A stretch of 64,000 bases of DNA from Mesotaenium endlicherianum. Lineage: Eukaryota. Below are positions 23,647 to 36,004 of the stretch, piece after piece. The notes below the pieces were generated by a model. It did no database searches. It saw nothing but the letters and a program-made list of their open reading frames with translations, and was not told the origin of the DNA. A program made the translations under genes and the position numbers. The stretch covers positions 62,001 through 126,000 of the forward strand of contig WELA01002856.1 in the NCBI GenBank assembly GCA_009602735.1, written 5' to 3'. How positions within the stretch are numbered: the stretch's first letter is position 1; each line of letters opens with the position of its first letter.

Positions 23647-24140
23647 TATAGTTTGCGAGGAATTTCGGGTATAATGCACTGTCTTGTATGCTTAGTTTAT
23701 TATGTTGACGTGTAAGTGGCACATCACTGTCTACATGCAGGTTTGTGTCATAGGTTTACTTGTATCATAGGTTACGTTGTCTAATTGCACAGGAGATGAA
23801 AGGTGGTACTGGATTCAGATGCTGGCGTTGCGTGTTGCTAGACATTGCGTCTTTTTACACAGTAGAGCGCAACCCTATATGCAGTGTGACCACTAAGTAC
23901 TAGGTCTATTATATTTAGTTATAAACCATTTGCATATTTGTATTATATTTGCAAGTCATGCATGCTGCCAGACTGTGTACGCGCAGGTTTGCATACAACA
24001 ACAACAACAATATCTCTGAAATAAGCGGAAGCGCGCGAGCAATTACAATACAAGTATAATCCTACAGTACTTCTACTGCTCACAACACTCACACTAAATG
24101 TATCCTAAACCTGACTACATACGCGCTGTCGTATCCGAAT

Positions 24141-25551
24141 CTACTCAGCCAGCAACTGCATCGCTCTGCGTCTCGTGTCCTTGAAAAGCAAACGTGCATC
24201 ATCGTCGCTAAGCCTGTAGCATGCCAGTCGCGCGGAATACTGGGCATGGCTATAATGCCATGTGAACGGTCCTAAGCATGTGCAACAAAATGACACAGAC
24301 GTGTTCACGGGTATACAAGCGAGACCGTCAATGAGCTGTAACAGCTGGCAGCTACCCAGCTTGAGCAGCTGCAAACCTGCAAGCGCATCCATTGTGTGCC
24401 AGACAGAGTCTGTGGGAGGGTCTGTCTTCCGACCTGAGCTCGAGCCATCCCCGCCCATCCAATTAAGGTAGAGAGTGCTAAGCCCCGTAAGGACATGCAA
24501 GGCGGGCCACAGCACCTCTTCGTTCATAGTCAAGTGCAGGACGCGCAGATTAGGCGTAAATGAAAAGTAGTTTCTCTGCATCTGTTTGTTAACGACTAGG
24601 TCCAGCTCCTCTAACAAAGGCATGGGCGCGTAATAATGCGCGGGATAGTACCACATATTGTCAATTTGCGCATGATAGAGCACAATGCGGGGGGGAGGGG
24701 GCGCATGGGGGTCATGTCCGGATGCCCAACCTCCCACGGGTGTGGGCACACAGACCCCACATTGAGGGACGTCAATTGCGTCATTTTGGACACAATGTCC
24801 ACCCCCTGCATGCCTGCGTCGGCGAACTGCAAGGACAAAACAAGCAATAACAAAGAGCGTTAGGAATGACACCAATGCACGCACTCAAATGGTTGCTACA
24901 CACAAACTGCAAGCAAGGTACATGGATGGAGGAGGCAGGGCAAGAGTGCACCTGGACATAAGGCATCAAGAGCTCCTTCAGGGTGGTTATGCCGCTCAAT
25001 GACGCTGAACCTCCAAATCATTAGTCACAAGGCGGAACTCCCGGAGAGTAGTCAGCCGAGGGATGGACTTGCTGATAGAAAATACACAACCTGGGTACGA
25101 GGCCGACCACAGGCGCATGCGCTGGCAGTCGCATGTCAGCTTCTTCATGTGAACCAGTGCCATGAGGTCCATAGCTTCCAATGCCCGGCCAAACTTCAGG
25201 CTGGCTGTAGTGCTAAACTCACAGTCCACCGTACGAAAGTCCAGATACAGTTCTTCGATTCAACTAGGCGTGCTGAAGAAGTGCGCTGCGGTTGTGAGTG
25301 CCCCATCATCTCCCATGAGTATTAGTGCAACTGATTTGATGTGCGGAAAGTCTGTCCCTAGTGCTGTGAAGAAAGGAGCCAATTCCTGTGGGGTCCATCC
25401 AACCACNGTCCAACCAACCACACACTTATTGTCGGTCTCAAAGCAGGGGCATTGAGGCACTGGGTTGAGGACTAGTACAGAGAAGAAGGGTACTGGACCT
25501 GCACCCAAGCAGGACTGACTCACGACATCGCAGTCCGGAGTGCAACGACAT
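24141..25551 (-). pseudogene. LRR (RNI/F-box-LRR-like) protein gene inside the Harbinger element; spliced and disrupted
   Basis: Repeated LxxLxL units across frames (LTTLREFRL, ITTLKELLM, MTQLTSLNV, MPLLEELDL, PNLRVLHL, LTGLSTLYL, LAGLQLLKL). GT-AG introns are apparent, with a stop at ~25260 and frameshifts. Confidence 0.6.
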
Positions 25552-25850
25552 ACTGGCGGCCTTTGACGGCAAACGCTTCACAACAACTGATTGAGCACTG
25601 CACACACATGCAGGGGTAAATATAAACCTGGAGGAATAAGACATTAAGCTAGCACACATGTCATATGGAAACCATGTAGTAAACAAATGTATTGGATAAA
25701 ATGAATAGCTGTACAGATGTGTTGCTGCAGCCATACACCTGGCACTACAGGGCCTACACACAAGTACTACTGCTGCACTAGTATTTGACCTGACAGCTTA
25801 CTCAATTGTGCGAGCTACAGCCAGCGGAACAGCAGGAGCAAATGAACCCA

Positions 25851-27797
25851 CTACGAGCCTGGTACGTGACGGGGCGACACTGGAGCAGATGTACCGGAGG
25901 GTACAGATGGGGACTGTGCACGAGCGGTAGCGCATCCGGCAGAGGGCGCACTCGGCCCAGTTGCAGCCCCACTTGCCGCAATATCTGCTAGTCTATTGAA
26001 GGCAGCAACCATACCGTTCCCCACATTCTTCTGCACCGCTAATTTTTTGGTCAACATTTTCATCTGCAATGCCTGTTGGATTTGCATCTGTTGCATCTTC
26101 ATAGCATGCTGTTCCTGGACAAACAAAAGTCTAGCGGTGTCAGCGGCCCGCTGGTCAGCATCGCGCCCTCTCTGGATGGCCAGTTGCTCCTGAAACGCCG
26201 AGAGCATGCACTCCTGTCGTTTCCCGCCTACCTCAGCAGCTGCACTGAGCTCTGCTTGTGCAGCGACGTCAGCAACGTATCGCTTTCGACGCCTACCAAT
26301 GGCAGTTGCGTCTGCCCCAGTAGTACCTGGGGAAGAAGTAACTGGCGGTGATGCTGCGCGTGGTGGCATAGGACGAGACGGCGTGGTTGCAGGGCGGGGT
26401 TGCGGGGGGCTCTGGAGGGGCGACGCCTCGCGCGTTGGCCTTGGTGCTGCCGTAGGAGTCGCCTGTGGGAGGGGCACATCTTCAGCAGAGTCGTCCTCAT
26501 CCCTGGTTGGGCTTGAGCAATCATCCAATCCAGGTTCTTCATTCATATCTCCAAGGTCTGCATACATACCAGATGCAGTCCTTTGAGATGCCGCGGGGGG
26601 AGGAAGGCTGTCCGCACGTGCTGGATTCTGCGAAGAAGGTGTCTGTGGAGTTGCAGAGGTTGCCCTTGAGGTACCTGCCGGGCCCTTGTCCCAGGCTGCA
26701 CGAGTAGCAGCTGCTGCTAGCCTGCGAGCTGCAACCCTTCTCTTGCGTTGCGCTTCCATAAGTGCGTTATGGTCTTGCTCGCCGGGGTTGTTGTATGCCA
26801 GGCTATTCTCAGCTATTCTGGCCCAGTGATCGTAGACGTCTTTCTTTGGGCAGTGCCCATCTGCCCAGAGGCCATGGTTTTTACGGTAGGTGGTCTCTAA
26901 CTCCCAGAACGACGGTTGTCCAGTGTGCGGCTTGTACTCGTAGTCCCAGATTGTCTTCAGGCCCTTGAGCATTTTGCTCCAGAATTTGGAAACGGCCGTC
27001 CCTGNACCGTCCCTGTCCTCTCAATATAAGTGAGTAGCCTGAGGTCCAACGCTAGCTCATCCCACATCTGGGTGACAGTCTGAAACTTTGCGTGGGGATC
27101 GTTGGAGCTGTCCTTTTTTCTCTTCATCATGGCAGAGTGGACGTCAATGAGATGACACTTCTCGGGATCTGACCATGGGATAGTCTTCGCNTGGGGTAGT
27201 CTTCGCAGGGACAGTGACGTCGGTTACCGAGGAGGGCTGAGCAGTAGAGGCGGTAGAGCGTACCTGCGACGTGACACGAAACGATTTCAGTACGGAGCAG
27301 TAGACAGCAGGGGTGGTAAGGCATCTTGCAGGCACCACTAATTGCTGCGTACGTGCGGACTTTACATTATGTCTTACCTCTGTGATGTTAACAGAGGACG
27401 AAGGCACGACCAACGCCACGAACTCCAACCCGGTGCCAGGTGGAATCGATGGCGACTGCAACTGTTGAAGGCCAGTGGCGGTGAAGGAGAGCTGTGTGGA
27501 AACGTGTTGTCCAGTCACACCTTCGGAGCTGCTGACAGCTGGATTCCAATATGTATGCGGGGCCTGCCGATTCGGCACATGCACGAAGGGGTTACCTCCC
27601 TGAGGGAACTGGGGACCGGGCTGCGTTGAATAATGAGCTGCATATTGCACAGGGTGGTGTAAATTATGGTTTACATAGGACCCCTGCAGGGCTGAAGTTG
27701 GCAACAAAGACGGAGATGTACAAGAACTTAGACCAGCGCAGGAAGGTGGGCGTTCATTTTCACACTCACGACCTGCTGGCTTGTCCTTGGGATCCAT
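25851..27797 (-). CDS. Harbinger Myb/SANT-like (trihelix-type) DNA-binding protein, ~639 aa
   Basis: Collapsing the duplicated sequence around N27191 and N27005 gives one ORF: IPWSDPEKCHLIDVH..QMWDELALDL..ERTGTAVSKFWSKML..IWDYE..GQPSFWEL. A Pro/Ala-rich linker and coiled-coil follow, as is typical of the second Harbinger gene. Confidence 0.85.
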
Positions 27798-28949
27798 GGC
27801 AGCAACTCGTGGATAATGAGGGGGTGGAGCTGCATTCTCTTATACTTGACCACCCCTACTGCTGTGAGAGGAGTTGCATGCACAGCTGTGAGTCAATACA
27901 TTTTTGTCAAGTGCTTGATGCAGACGGACGGCACAAGGCGCCGGCAAGTCAGCCGTTATGTGGTGCACACATTTTGTGCCGAGGGTTGCACATTTGTCTT
28001 TGAAAAACTTGTAGAGGTGCTTGATGTGGCAAATTGCTTCTGGAGGGAAACCGTGCGGGTTTCATTCATGTCAGAGAATGTGAGATTTTTTTCGGGCAAT
28101 TCGTGCGGTGCCCCGACCACGAGGTAAAGCAACCAATGTCGACTTCGGTCTGCCGGTAGTCCGAAGCAGTCTGCAGCCACAACGATACCCCGATGTATCG
28201 ATGCAAAAATGCTAGTCCAGACCAGTTCAGACCAGTCGAGACTGCTCGGGAGAGTCTGCAGACCGTGGAGGTGGGGAAGCTCCACGCGCATGCGGACGAA
28301 CGTGGTTACACCGTTACCATGATCAGCTGCCGAGCCCGACATCGTGCCATTTCGCGGACAAACGAGGCAGATTGCGTCTCGTATGCTTGTTTTATCCCAG
28401 GTATATAAAAACATAGCGGTGGATTGCAAATGTTTTCGGTTGATTTGCGATGGTTGTGCTTTGTTTCTTGTGGATCGATCAAGTCACTCTACACTTTTGG
28501 CCAACGACCTTTCACGCGTGTAGACAGATGCTGACGTCGTGGTCCGTCCCGGACTACAACTGTCGGCCGTTGATGAGTGCATCTGGACATCGAGTCTGGC
28601 GAGGTGGTCTGAACAGGTGGTCTACGGACGGGATATCGTCAAAATTGTTGCTAATGGGTAATCACTGTAGGTTACCCCCTGCGACTACAGTGCTCGCCGC
28701 TGCTCGCCGCAGATGCATGGACTTATTTTGTGGCATTTTGTGGTCCTTCTTTCATCTCTTTTTTGGCGACAAAATTATGGCGTCGCTCAATGTCGTGACT
28801 GGCAGGTATTGAGGCTCATACGCTTATTCAGGTCGACTTCACAAGCAACGCGCGCTCAAGCATGTCTCTACGGACCTCCTGGGCCATCCTGGGCGACTAA
28901 ATCACAACTTCGTGTCATTCAAGGCTGGAGTTAGGTACCATCCCTACTA

Positions 28950-29849
28950 GGGCAAATTACCAAACTAGCACTCAAAGTTTCTTTTATTTCAGAATCTAGC
29001 ACTCGCACATGTAAGGCGAGTCCACCTAGGCCTTCAACGAGCAAATGACGTGCCACACGAATTCGCACGCGACCCAACCTGACGCACCACTTCTCCCTCT
29101 CGTTCCAAAATCTTCCACCACCACTTTTTCAACTGACCCACCTTCACAAATCAAATTGCCAAAGGACACCTAATTTTGGTCCACACTTATTTTCAATACC
29201 TTTTCAGCAGGACGTAAGCTTGTACACTTAGGCGCGCATAGACAAAGAAAGGCGATAAATTAGCATGCATAGCTAAACACGACGACAGTTGTCAGGCATT
29301 CAACAACGCTTGTTAGCGCATCACAGGAAAGTACAAAATATAGAGATGCTTGTATGTTCGCAAATTTGCGAATAATGATTAAGAGAGGGGAGGGAAGTCA
29401 GGGAGGTCCTAGCGAGCTCTCATCGGGTGGCGAGCAGCTGGCGAGCAGCTCAATCATACCGGTACTGCTAACGTAGCAATTAAGTCAGTTCACAGCGATC
29501 GAACTATAGCTCAATTACATGCAAAAATTTTAAGCGAGTACGAGAGCGGGCAGGTCGAGCTCAGTAAAGCAGACGCGAATGAGCTCAGACACAACTGCAA
29601 GAGGCTGGGGCAGTTTAGTTCGTGAAGGTGGGTCAGTTAGAAAAGTGGTGGTGGAAGATCTTGGAAACGAGAGGGAGAAGTGGTGTGTCAGGTAGGGTCG
29701 CGTGCGAAATCGTGTGGCACGTCATTTGATTGTGTAAGGCCTACGTGGACTCGCCTTATATGTGCGAGTGCTAGTTTTGTAATAACGAAAGTTCGAGCGC
29801 GAGATTCAGAAATAAACGAAACTTTGAGTGCTAGTTTGGTAGTGTACCT
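28950..29849. mobile_element. Non-autonomous Mutator-like (foldback) element, 900 bp
   Basis: Imperfect TIRs of ~210-240 bp (28950-~29160 vs ~29608-29849) starting GGGCAAATTACCAAACTAGCACTCAAAGTTTC. Degenerate 9-bp TSD TCCCTACTA / TCCCCAGTT. No internal coding capacity. Confidence 0.8.
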
Positions 29850-29859
29850 TCCCCAGTTT

Positions 29860-32800
29860 TGACCTGCATAGATCTACAACATCTAGCATAAACACGTAGC
29901 GACATTCTAGTGCCACAGAGACATCTACGTATCGCGACTAATCAAGACTTCCTCATCCTCACCGACGTCGGATTAGATCAGTAGACATTAGTTTAAACAG
30001 AAGAATGGATAGACGACCAAGTAGCCGTAGCACAAACTACGCCTAGGCAACTTATAAAAGTCAATATTCCAACGTTGTAAAATCATTCTGTATACACAAA
30101 GTAACGACTGAAATTCATTCTCGCTTTCTCTTGTTATTACGCTATCTCCTTATCGAGCTCCAGCACTCTCTACACTGGTGGAGACGCTTTCAACTTGTTT
30201 TGTCACGTTCATGAATCGCTAGACAATTGTTCAAGTACACCTCTCGCAAGAATCTTTCTGTCGAATTTGAGAAACAAGCTCACATTTGGGAAGACGAAGA
30301 GTTATATTGGAGTCTCTATGGCGTCGACAAACACACCTGTGACAAGATTTCAAGACTCGGCGGAGCAAAGCCTCAAGAACGGTCTACCACAAGCACAAGC
30401 CCTTCTCGAAGTCGACCCTTCTATCTTAGCTTGATTCAGACCTCAGGCGTAACGCCACTCCCCTCTCCTCGTGCACGTCCAGGCATAATCAACGTGCTCC
30501 TTTTGGATCTTTTTCACGAGTTATTAGCCGAGCAAGGAGCTTAGACTCGACAGGAGATGTTGGCACTGAGGAGGTTAATAGTAAACCCCAGTGTGTCCCC
30601 TCAGCAAAGCTGACTACTGGGCATTCACCTCCCCAAAGAGTCCCCACATCCTTGACCTCAGCAGCCCCCTCTAATTCGGCTAAGTTTGGTCGTTTCAAGC
30701 TGCTTATTTCGGAAATTTCAAGCTTCCCTCCCGATACTGACATACACGGCTGGTTTGACGTTGTCACCAACCGAGCTGAGACTCACGATTGGACTACTGC
30801 TGAGACATTGAAGCAAGTTCGCAATGGCCTTACTAAAAAAGCCCTGCGCTGGTTGATTGCGCATTCTCCTGCATTACAATCTTCTCTCGCTCTGCTTAAG
30901 GACAAACTTGTGCGCACATTCGCCTCTTAAGATGCCACTGCTACGGCCATTGACAACCTTATTGACCTTCAGCAGAACAGGCGGACCATCAATGAGTTTG
31001 CCATCAAACTCCAGACATTCTTCACCCGCGGCGCCCCTACACTGGATGAGACATTCAAGATCCGCTGGTTCTTCAAGGAAATTACAACTTCCATTGTCGC
31101 ACGGGTTAAGACCTTCCAACCCGCTTCTTTTTGTTTAGCCTGGACCATGGATAGTGATCTCGAGCTTGCCGATCTAGCTGCTAAGAGTGTTTTCCCTGCT
31201 TCTCGTTTTCAGTCGCAATCACTGCATCACATCGATCAAGCTCTTAGCTGTAAGCCTCCTAAGGAAATTCTATGCACCCCCCTGCACACCTCTTTAGCCA
31301 GGCATGGGATCAAACGGGCGAGATCAGGATGGGTCTCGTTCACAGCCTAAGTTCTACGCACACATTCAATGCTACCGATGCCTCCAGCAGCACTCTGAGA
31401 TCGGTTTAGTGGGAAAAGGGCAAAATGCCAAGATCGGAGATCGACGAAGAAATACCACGTCTCCGCTTTTGGCAGCTTTTGGACTTCAACGGACCCCCCC
31501 GCCCCGAAAAATGTTTGTTACATGCATCAAATGCCCAATCAGAGCAAACTTTTAAATGCAATCAAAAAGAAACATCATCCAATGCAAACACTCCATGTCA
31601 AGCACTACATTTCAAAGTAAACTGTCGCCAACCGTTTGCAAAAGCGAGAGCAATTGATTCTCAAAATTGGAAGTCAATCCCACCGTCGGCAATATGACAA
31701 ACAGCATTCGATATTGACTTTTTTTATTGGCTAATGCAATCGCGTCAAGATTCTCCAACCGACCCGTCGCATGGGTGCGCACGTGGTCAGTACGTCATTG
31801 ACACGTAGCAAGTTTCTCATTAGTAACCCTACATGAGTAAGGGTGTCAAGCCTTCTTCTCCCGATGATTAACCCGTTGAAGCTTAGGGCCCCATGAGGCC
31901 AACCCCCTAAGGGGTTGTATACTACCAAGGTTTTACCCATCAAGGCCTGAAACCAGTAGGGCTTGATTCTTGCTCTTACCGACTGTTGTAGCCAATTAGC
32001 AACTTAAGTTACGAAATCTGAGTGTCGCCGGGTGGAAGGTCTTTCGAAAGGGTGGCTTTGTGAGATAATGTGATGTGGGTTAAGAAGTCTCATTTTTTTG
32101 GTTGAGCAGCGGGGCACAAGCCTGTCACAGCCACTATCGCCACCTGCTAAGTGCCCTGTGAGGGCCGGTCCCGCCACCCAGCCTCGATGTCGACCAAACC
32201 CCCCAATTCCCTCTTAACTGCTTTTAACCAATTGTCATTTCGCAACGAGCGATCCTATTGGCCAGATTAAACCTGTCCGGCCGACGCAATAAAGTATAAC
32301 GTTATCTTCAGGCGCGAATTTGCGTCAACCTAAAATATTGTCGGACAAAACAAGCCGCGGGTTTACAAGCAGCTCGGGTCTCGATCAATCCCACACGAGC
32401 GGGAGGCCAGGACCCCCTCCCGTTGACAGAAGGGACCGGGCCAGGGGGGACGAGCTTGTCAAAGCTCTCCCACCATCCGGCAACTTTTGTTCGTGGCTGG
32501 CTGACGACATAACTGTGCAACGGAAAGCGGGCCTGTGCGGCCACTCTTGCCACCCGGCGACTTTGGCCCGTCGCCTTTTTTACAAAGTGACCAGGCAATG
32601 GGGAGCGAGCATGTCAGGCCACCCCCGCCACCCGTTAACTTTTGCCGACTGTTGCCAATGAAATTAAGTACACTCACGTTCTTCTAATCTTGTTTTGGAC
32701 TTTTCTGACCACCTCGTCCATGATAACGTTATCGCCACACTCAAACTCAACAACGACCAATCAGAAGGCGGTGCCCATACTTAGTACGAAATTGCATAGT

Positions 32801-33743
32801 TAACATCTTCGAGGCGATGAAAATGTCTACGCTTCAGATTTGGAGATCAGGCGACGATCGTTTCGTCGCAATTTAGTTGGCATTTAGCGTAGAAATACCA
32901 AGAAATACCATCTTCGCCTGCCGTGAAGGGGTCATTTTCTCCACTTCGCATGGCTTAGCGTTGAAAAAAATCCAAACGAAAATGGCTGGAGATCCATTTT
33001 TTTGCCGTTTTGGTCCAAACCGGTCGCAGAGTAAGGGGCACTATGCCTCTTCTTGCCAAAACCCCCGGCACCCCAATGCACAGGCCCCTCCTTCCACGCA
33101 CCAGCCTAGCAGACAGCAAAATGTGCAACAGTCTCTGCTTTCTACCAGCTCGCCTAACAAGCAAGACTTAGATCAGCCTAGCTGAGAGGGAGAGGGAGCT
33201 GTGGACAAGTACATTGAGATCCACACTGGACTTCCCTCGGACGATGACTATGCCAACATGGTGGGGTACACTGTCAAGGAAGCCAAGGCCTTAACCATAC
33301 AGCCTGAGGACCCACCAGTACCTGTACCAGGGATGGTAGGATCTCAAAGGGTCATTAGAAAAATTTGGATGCTACTGGATAGCTTCAGAGATGTAACATC
33401 CTACCACAAGTTCAAGCCTATGTATAATGAGGTGGAGAGGAGAAGCTGTAAATTCTTGGCCAAGAAGATCACCTAACATATCTTTTTAGCCCACTGGTAT
33501 CCCTGTACTCTGAGGAGGGCAGACCAAGCTTTCTTCAAGCAGCCTATGGATTGGCGCTAGATGACCATGAACATGGAGGACCAGAAAAATGACAGGGCTG
33601 AAGAGAATGACTTCCACCCGGCTCTGGACGGCACCATCAATCTACCTCCTCACATTGCACCTTGGGATCCTAGACTGATGGGCTCAGGGGGTGCGTGAGT
33701 GACAAGATGAAGATAAGAGGGCCGGGTACAGGTCTAGGTCTAC
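29860..33743 (+). mobile_element. Degenerate pol-less LTR element remnant (family D): LTR end, PBS, gag fragments, extra-ORF homolog
   Basis: TATAAAA at ~30053; ..CA at 30174 followed by PBS-like TGGTGGAGACGCT (30176-30188). Gag-like fragments at 30652-31140, a zinc knuckle split by an insertion, and an ORF remnant at 33201-33690 homologous to the family-B 3' ORF. Confidence 0.6.
31391..33033. mobile_element. Non-autonomous CACTA/EnSpm-like TIR element (1.64 kb) inserted in a gag zinc knuckle
   Basis: Imperfect TIRs CACTCTGAGATCGGTTT / AAACCGGTCGCAGAGTA, 2-bp TSD AG, and subterminal AGAAATACCA copies. Excision restores CYRCLQQGHYASSC. Confidence 0.75.
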
Positions 33744-34525
33744 TGTAACGATTTGAGCTTTTTAGGCGTATTGTAATGAATCAGTATATTAGTGGATATA
33801 ATATTCATTTAAATATAATAGTTAATTAAGTTCAGCCTGCTGAACTTTAGTTAATAATCAGTCTGCTGGACTTTACATAATTATCAGTTTAATGACTCAG
33901 TCAAAAGCAGCAGGCTGAAAGTCCATATAAGTCAGCTGGCTGACACATTCTTTGACAGCAAGCTGACTTCCGTACTTGGTAGCAGCGAACTGCCTTGATA
34001 TGCATCTAAGTGCGATATGCTAGATGAATAGCCAGATGACATCCCTATGATGGATGGCTATTCGGGATGATGGGAGATGGCGGTGGATTTGGTTAACCGA
34101 GGTCCTACCAACGTGGTTAACTCCCGGGTAGGCGGTGCCATCGCACTGACCGTTGAACAGTAAACTCATTCCATGTACATATGCTAGGCATTGCTCTCGA
34201 GTTCGGCATTCGGAAACGAGGCCAACTCTCTTGTACAGCTTACTGAGAGAGATCTGAATCCAAGGCGAGAAGCCATTGATACGCACTGTCTTCTAACCTT
34301 GCTTATGTATGAGTTTACTGATTTGCATCATTGATGCTAGTTTACTCGCATTTGACTTACGAGTATTATTCCCTGCTAGTGTATTGTCCTTTGCCGTTTA
34401 ACTAGTTAACGGAAATACCATAAAGATTACTTGCTGATATAAAGATCTTTATTAATTGTTAATCGCCTATTTGGTAAGTCGATTCATTTCAGTGGTATCG
34501 GAGCAGTTATCACAGTCTTCTTTGT

Positions 34526-36004
34526 ATGGTAAGGACAAGGTCTCAAACTAGCAACTCCCGAGACATGGAGAACCAGGATAACGAGAATGTCGAAAACCAG
34601 GCGGAAAGCCATGTAGCGGGAAACCGTACCTATTCGGAAGCAGTAGCGGATACTGCAGCTAGGGAGGCTGCAGATGAGGCAGCTGCTATTGCCTCAGTCG
34701 CAGCTCAGCAAGCTGAGGAGGAGATAGCCAGACTAGAAGCTGAACAAGTAGCAAAGGCCGCTGAAGATATACAAAGGAGGGAAGGACAGCCAGCTGACGA
34801 GCGCACTGTTGAAGAACTTATGGCATCAAGGGCCAATGTTCTGAACCCACCTCCTGCCGTACAACTCAATGTACCCCTAGGTCAAATACGTGACCGGCTG
34901 AATGCGGCAGGAATTGCTGCTGCAGGAGCAAGAGGGATTGTTGAGGACACTACTCAGCGAGTAGATGCCAATGCTGCTGCTGCATTTGCTAATCTACCAC
35001 CCCAAAATGTAGACTTGGGAGCATTGTTCGTTCAGATGCAGTCGCAAATGGCGACCATGTATCAGTCCCAGCAGGAGGACAAAAGAATCATAATGTCCCT
35101 ACTCCGGGACAGAGACCAACTGGGGTCTCACACCACTAGTGGTGGTGGCCGAGGGCCTAGTAAGCCCAAGCCGAAACCTCCCCAGGACTATGATCCTGAG
35201 GGAAACAGAAAATATTACCTGATCAAGTTTCTCGCGGATGTTGAGCAGTGGCTGGAGAACTACCCAGAACTGCAAGATTACGAGAAGGTCAGGCACACCG
35301 GTGCGCTACTGAAAGGCAGTGCCGCAGACTGGTGGCTTTACTGGAAGGAAGAGCGTAAGGCTCGGCAACTCGGTGACCCTACGTGGGTAGAGTTTGTCGA
35401 GAAGTTGCATGAGAAGTTTGATGTCATCAACCAGCAGGAGAAAGCTATCTATGCGATGATCTCCCTGACACTGAAGCAGACCACTTCAGTTGCTGAGTTT
35501 GCTCAAAAGTTCCAAGAGAACATGATGAAGCAGCCTGATTTGCCAGAACGGTATAGGATAGCATACTTCAGGTATGGCTTGAAATCCGAGGTCTCTGGTC
35601 ATTTTGCTGAGAAAAAGTATGAGAAACTGGCTGACTTGATCCAGGATGCTGACGCCTGGGATCAGCAGCAGTTCAATCACAAGCGCCAGAGTAACGCTTT
35701 GGTGTCTAAGATTGTCAAAAAGCCCCACGGTTCCTACAATGCAGTTGAAGGAGACCAGGCTGAGGATAATCAGGGTGATGAATATGAGTATGAGTACAAT
35801 GCTATTCAGTCTAGAGGTAGAGGTGGTCCCTCTCGAGGTGGCTATGGAAGGGGTGGTGGTAGGACTAAGCCGAGACCAGCCTCAGCAAAATCTACTTGCT
35901 ACCATTGTCAGCAGAAAGGCCACTACAGAGAACAGTGTCCGGTCAAGCACCTGCCTAAGGTCGAGAGAAAAGACCAGCCTTTAAAAGACAGCAACAGTCA
36001 GTAA
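34526..36004 (+). CDS. gag: Gag of B1
   Basis: Intact 492-aa ORF with retrotransposon gag core ([22 protein letters not shown]) and zinc knuckle [14 protein letters not shown]. Confidence 0.93.
   Translation: MVRTRSQTSNSRDMENQDNENVENQAESHVAGNRTYSEAVADTAAREAADEAAAIASVAAQQAEEEIARLEAEQVAKAAEDIQRREGQPADERTVEELMASRANVLNPPPAVQLNVPLGQIRDRLNAAGIAAAGARGIVEDTTQRVDANAAAAFANLPPQNVDLGALFVQMQSQMATMYQSQQEDKRIIMSLLRDRDQLGSHTTSGGGRGPSKPKPKPPQDYDPEGNRKYYLIKFLADVEQWLENYPELQDYEKVRHTGALLKGSAADWWLYWKEERKARQLGDPTWVEFVEKLHEKFDVINQQEKAIYAMISLTLKQTTSVAEFAQKFQENMMKQPDLPERYRIAYFRYGLKSEVSGHFAEKKYEKLADLIQDADAWDQQQFNHKRQSNALVSKIVKKPHGSYNAVEGDQAEDNQGDEYEYEYNAIQSRGRGGPSRGGYGRGGGRTKPRPASAKSTCYHCQQKGHYREQCPVKHLPKVERKDQPLKDSNSQ

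Larger units (their letters stand above)
17937..28667 (+). mobile_element. Full-length PIF/Harbinger DNA transposon (10,731 bp) with cargo genes
   Basis: Perfect 18-bp TIRs: CAGTGATTACCCATTAGC (17937-17954) and GCTAATGGGTAATCACTG (28650-28667). 3-bp TSD TAG at 17934-17936 and 28668-28670. Shared subterminal motif CGTAGACYACCT. Transposase and Myb/SANT genes converge from the two ends. Confidence 0.93.

Noticed and set aside
27956..28429. 157-aa minus-strand ORF near the right TIR
   Set aside because: TTG start, no motifs, and it overlaps subterminal repeats and the likely Myb promoter/UTR.
34020..34286. Recurrent 88-aa ORF MRINGFSPW.. (also at 41415, 45799, 53490)
   Set aside because: It recurs only because it lies in the four family-B LTRs. 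It has a GTG start and no motif, so there is no evidence of coding.
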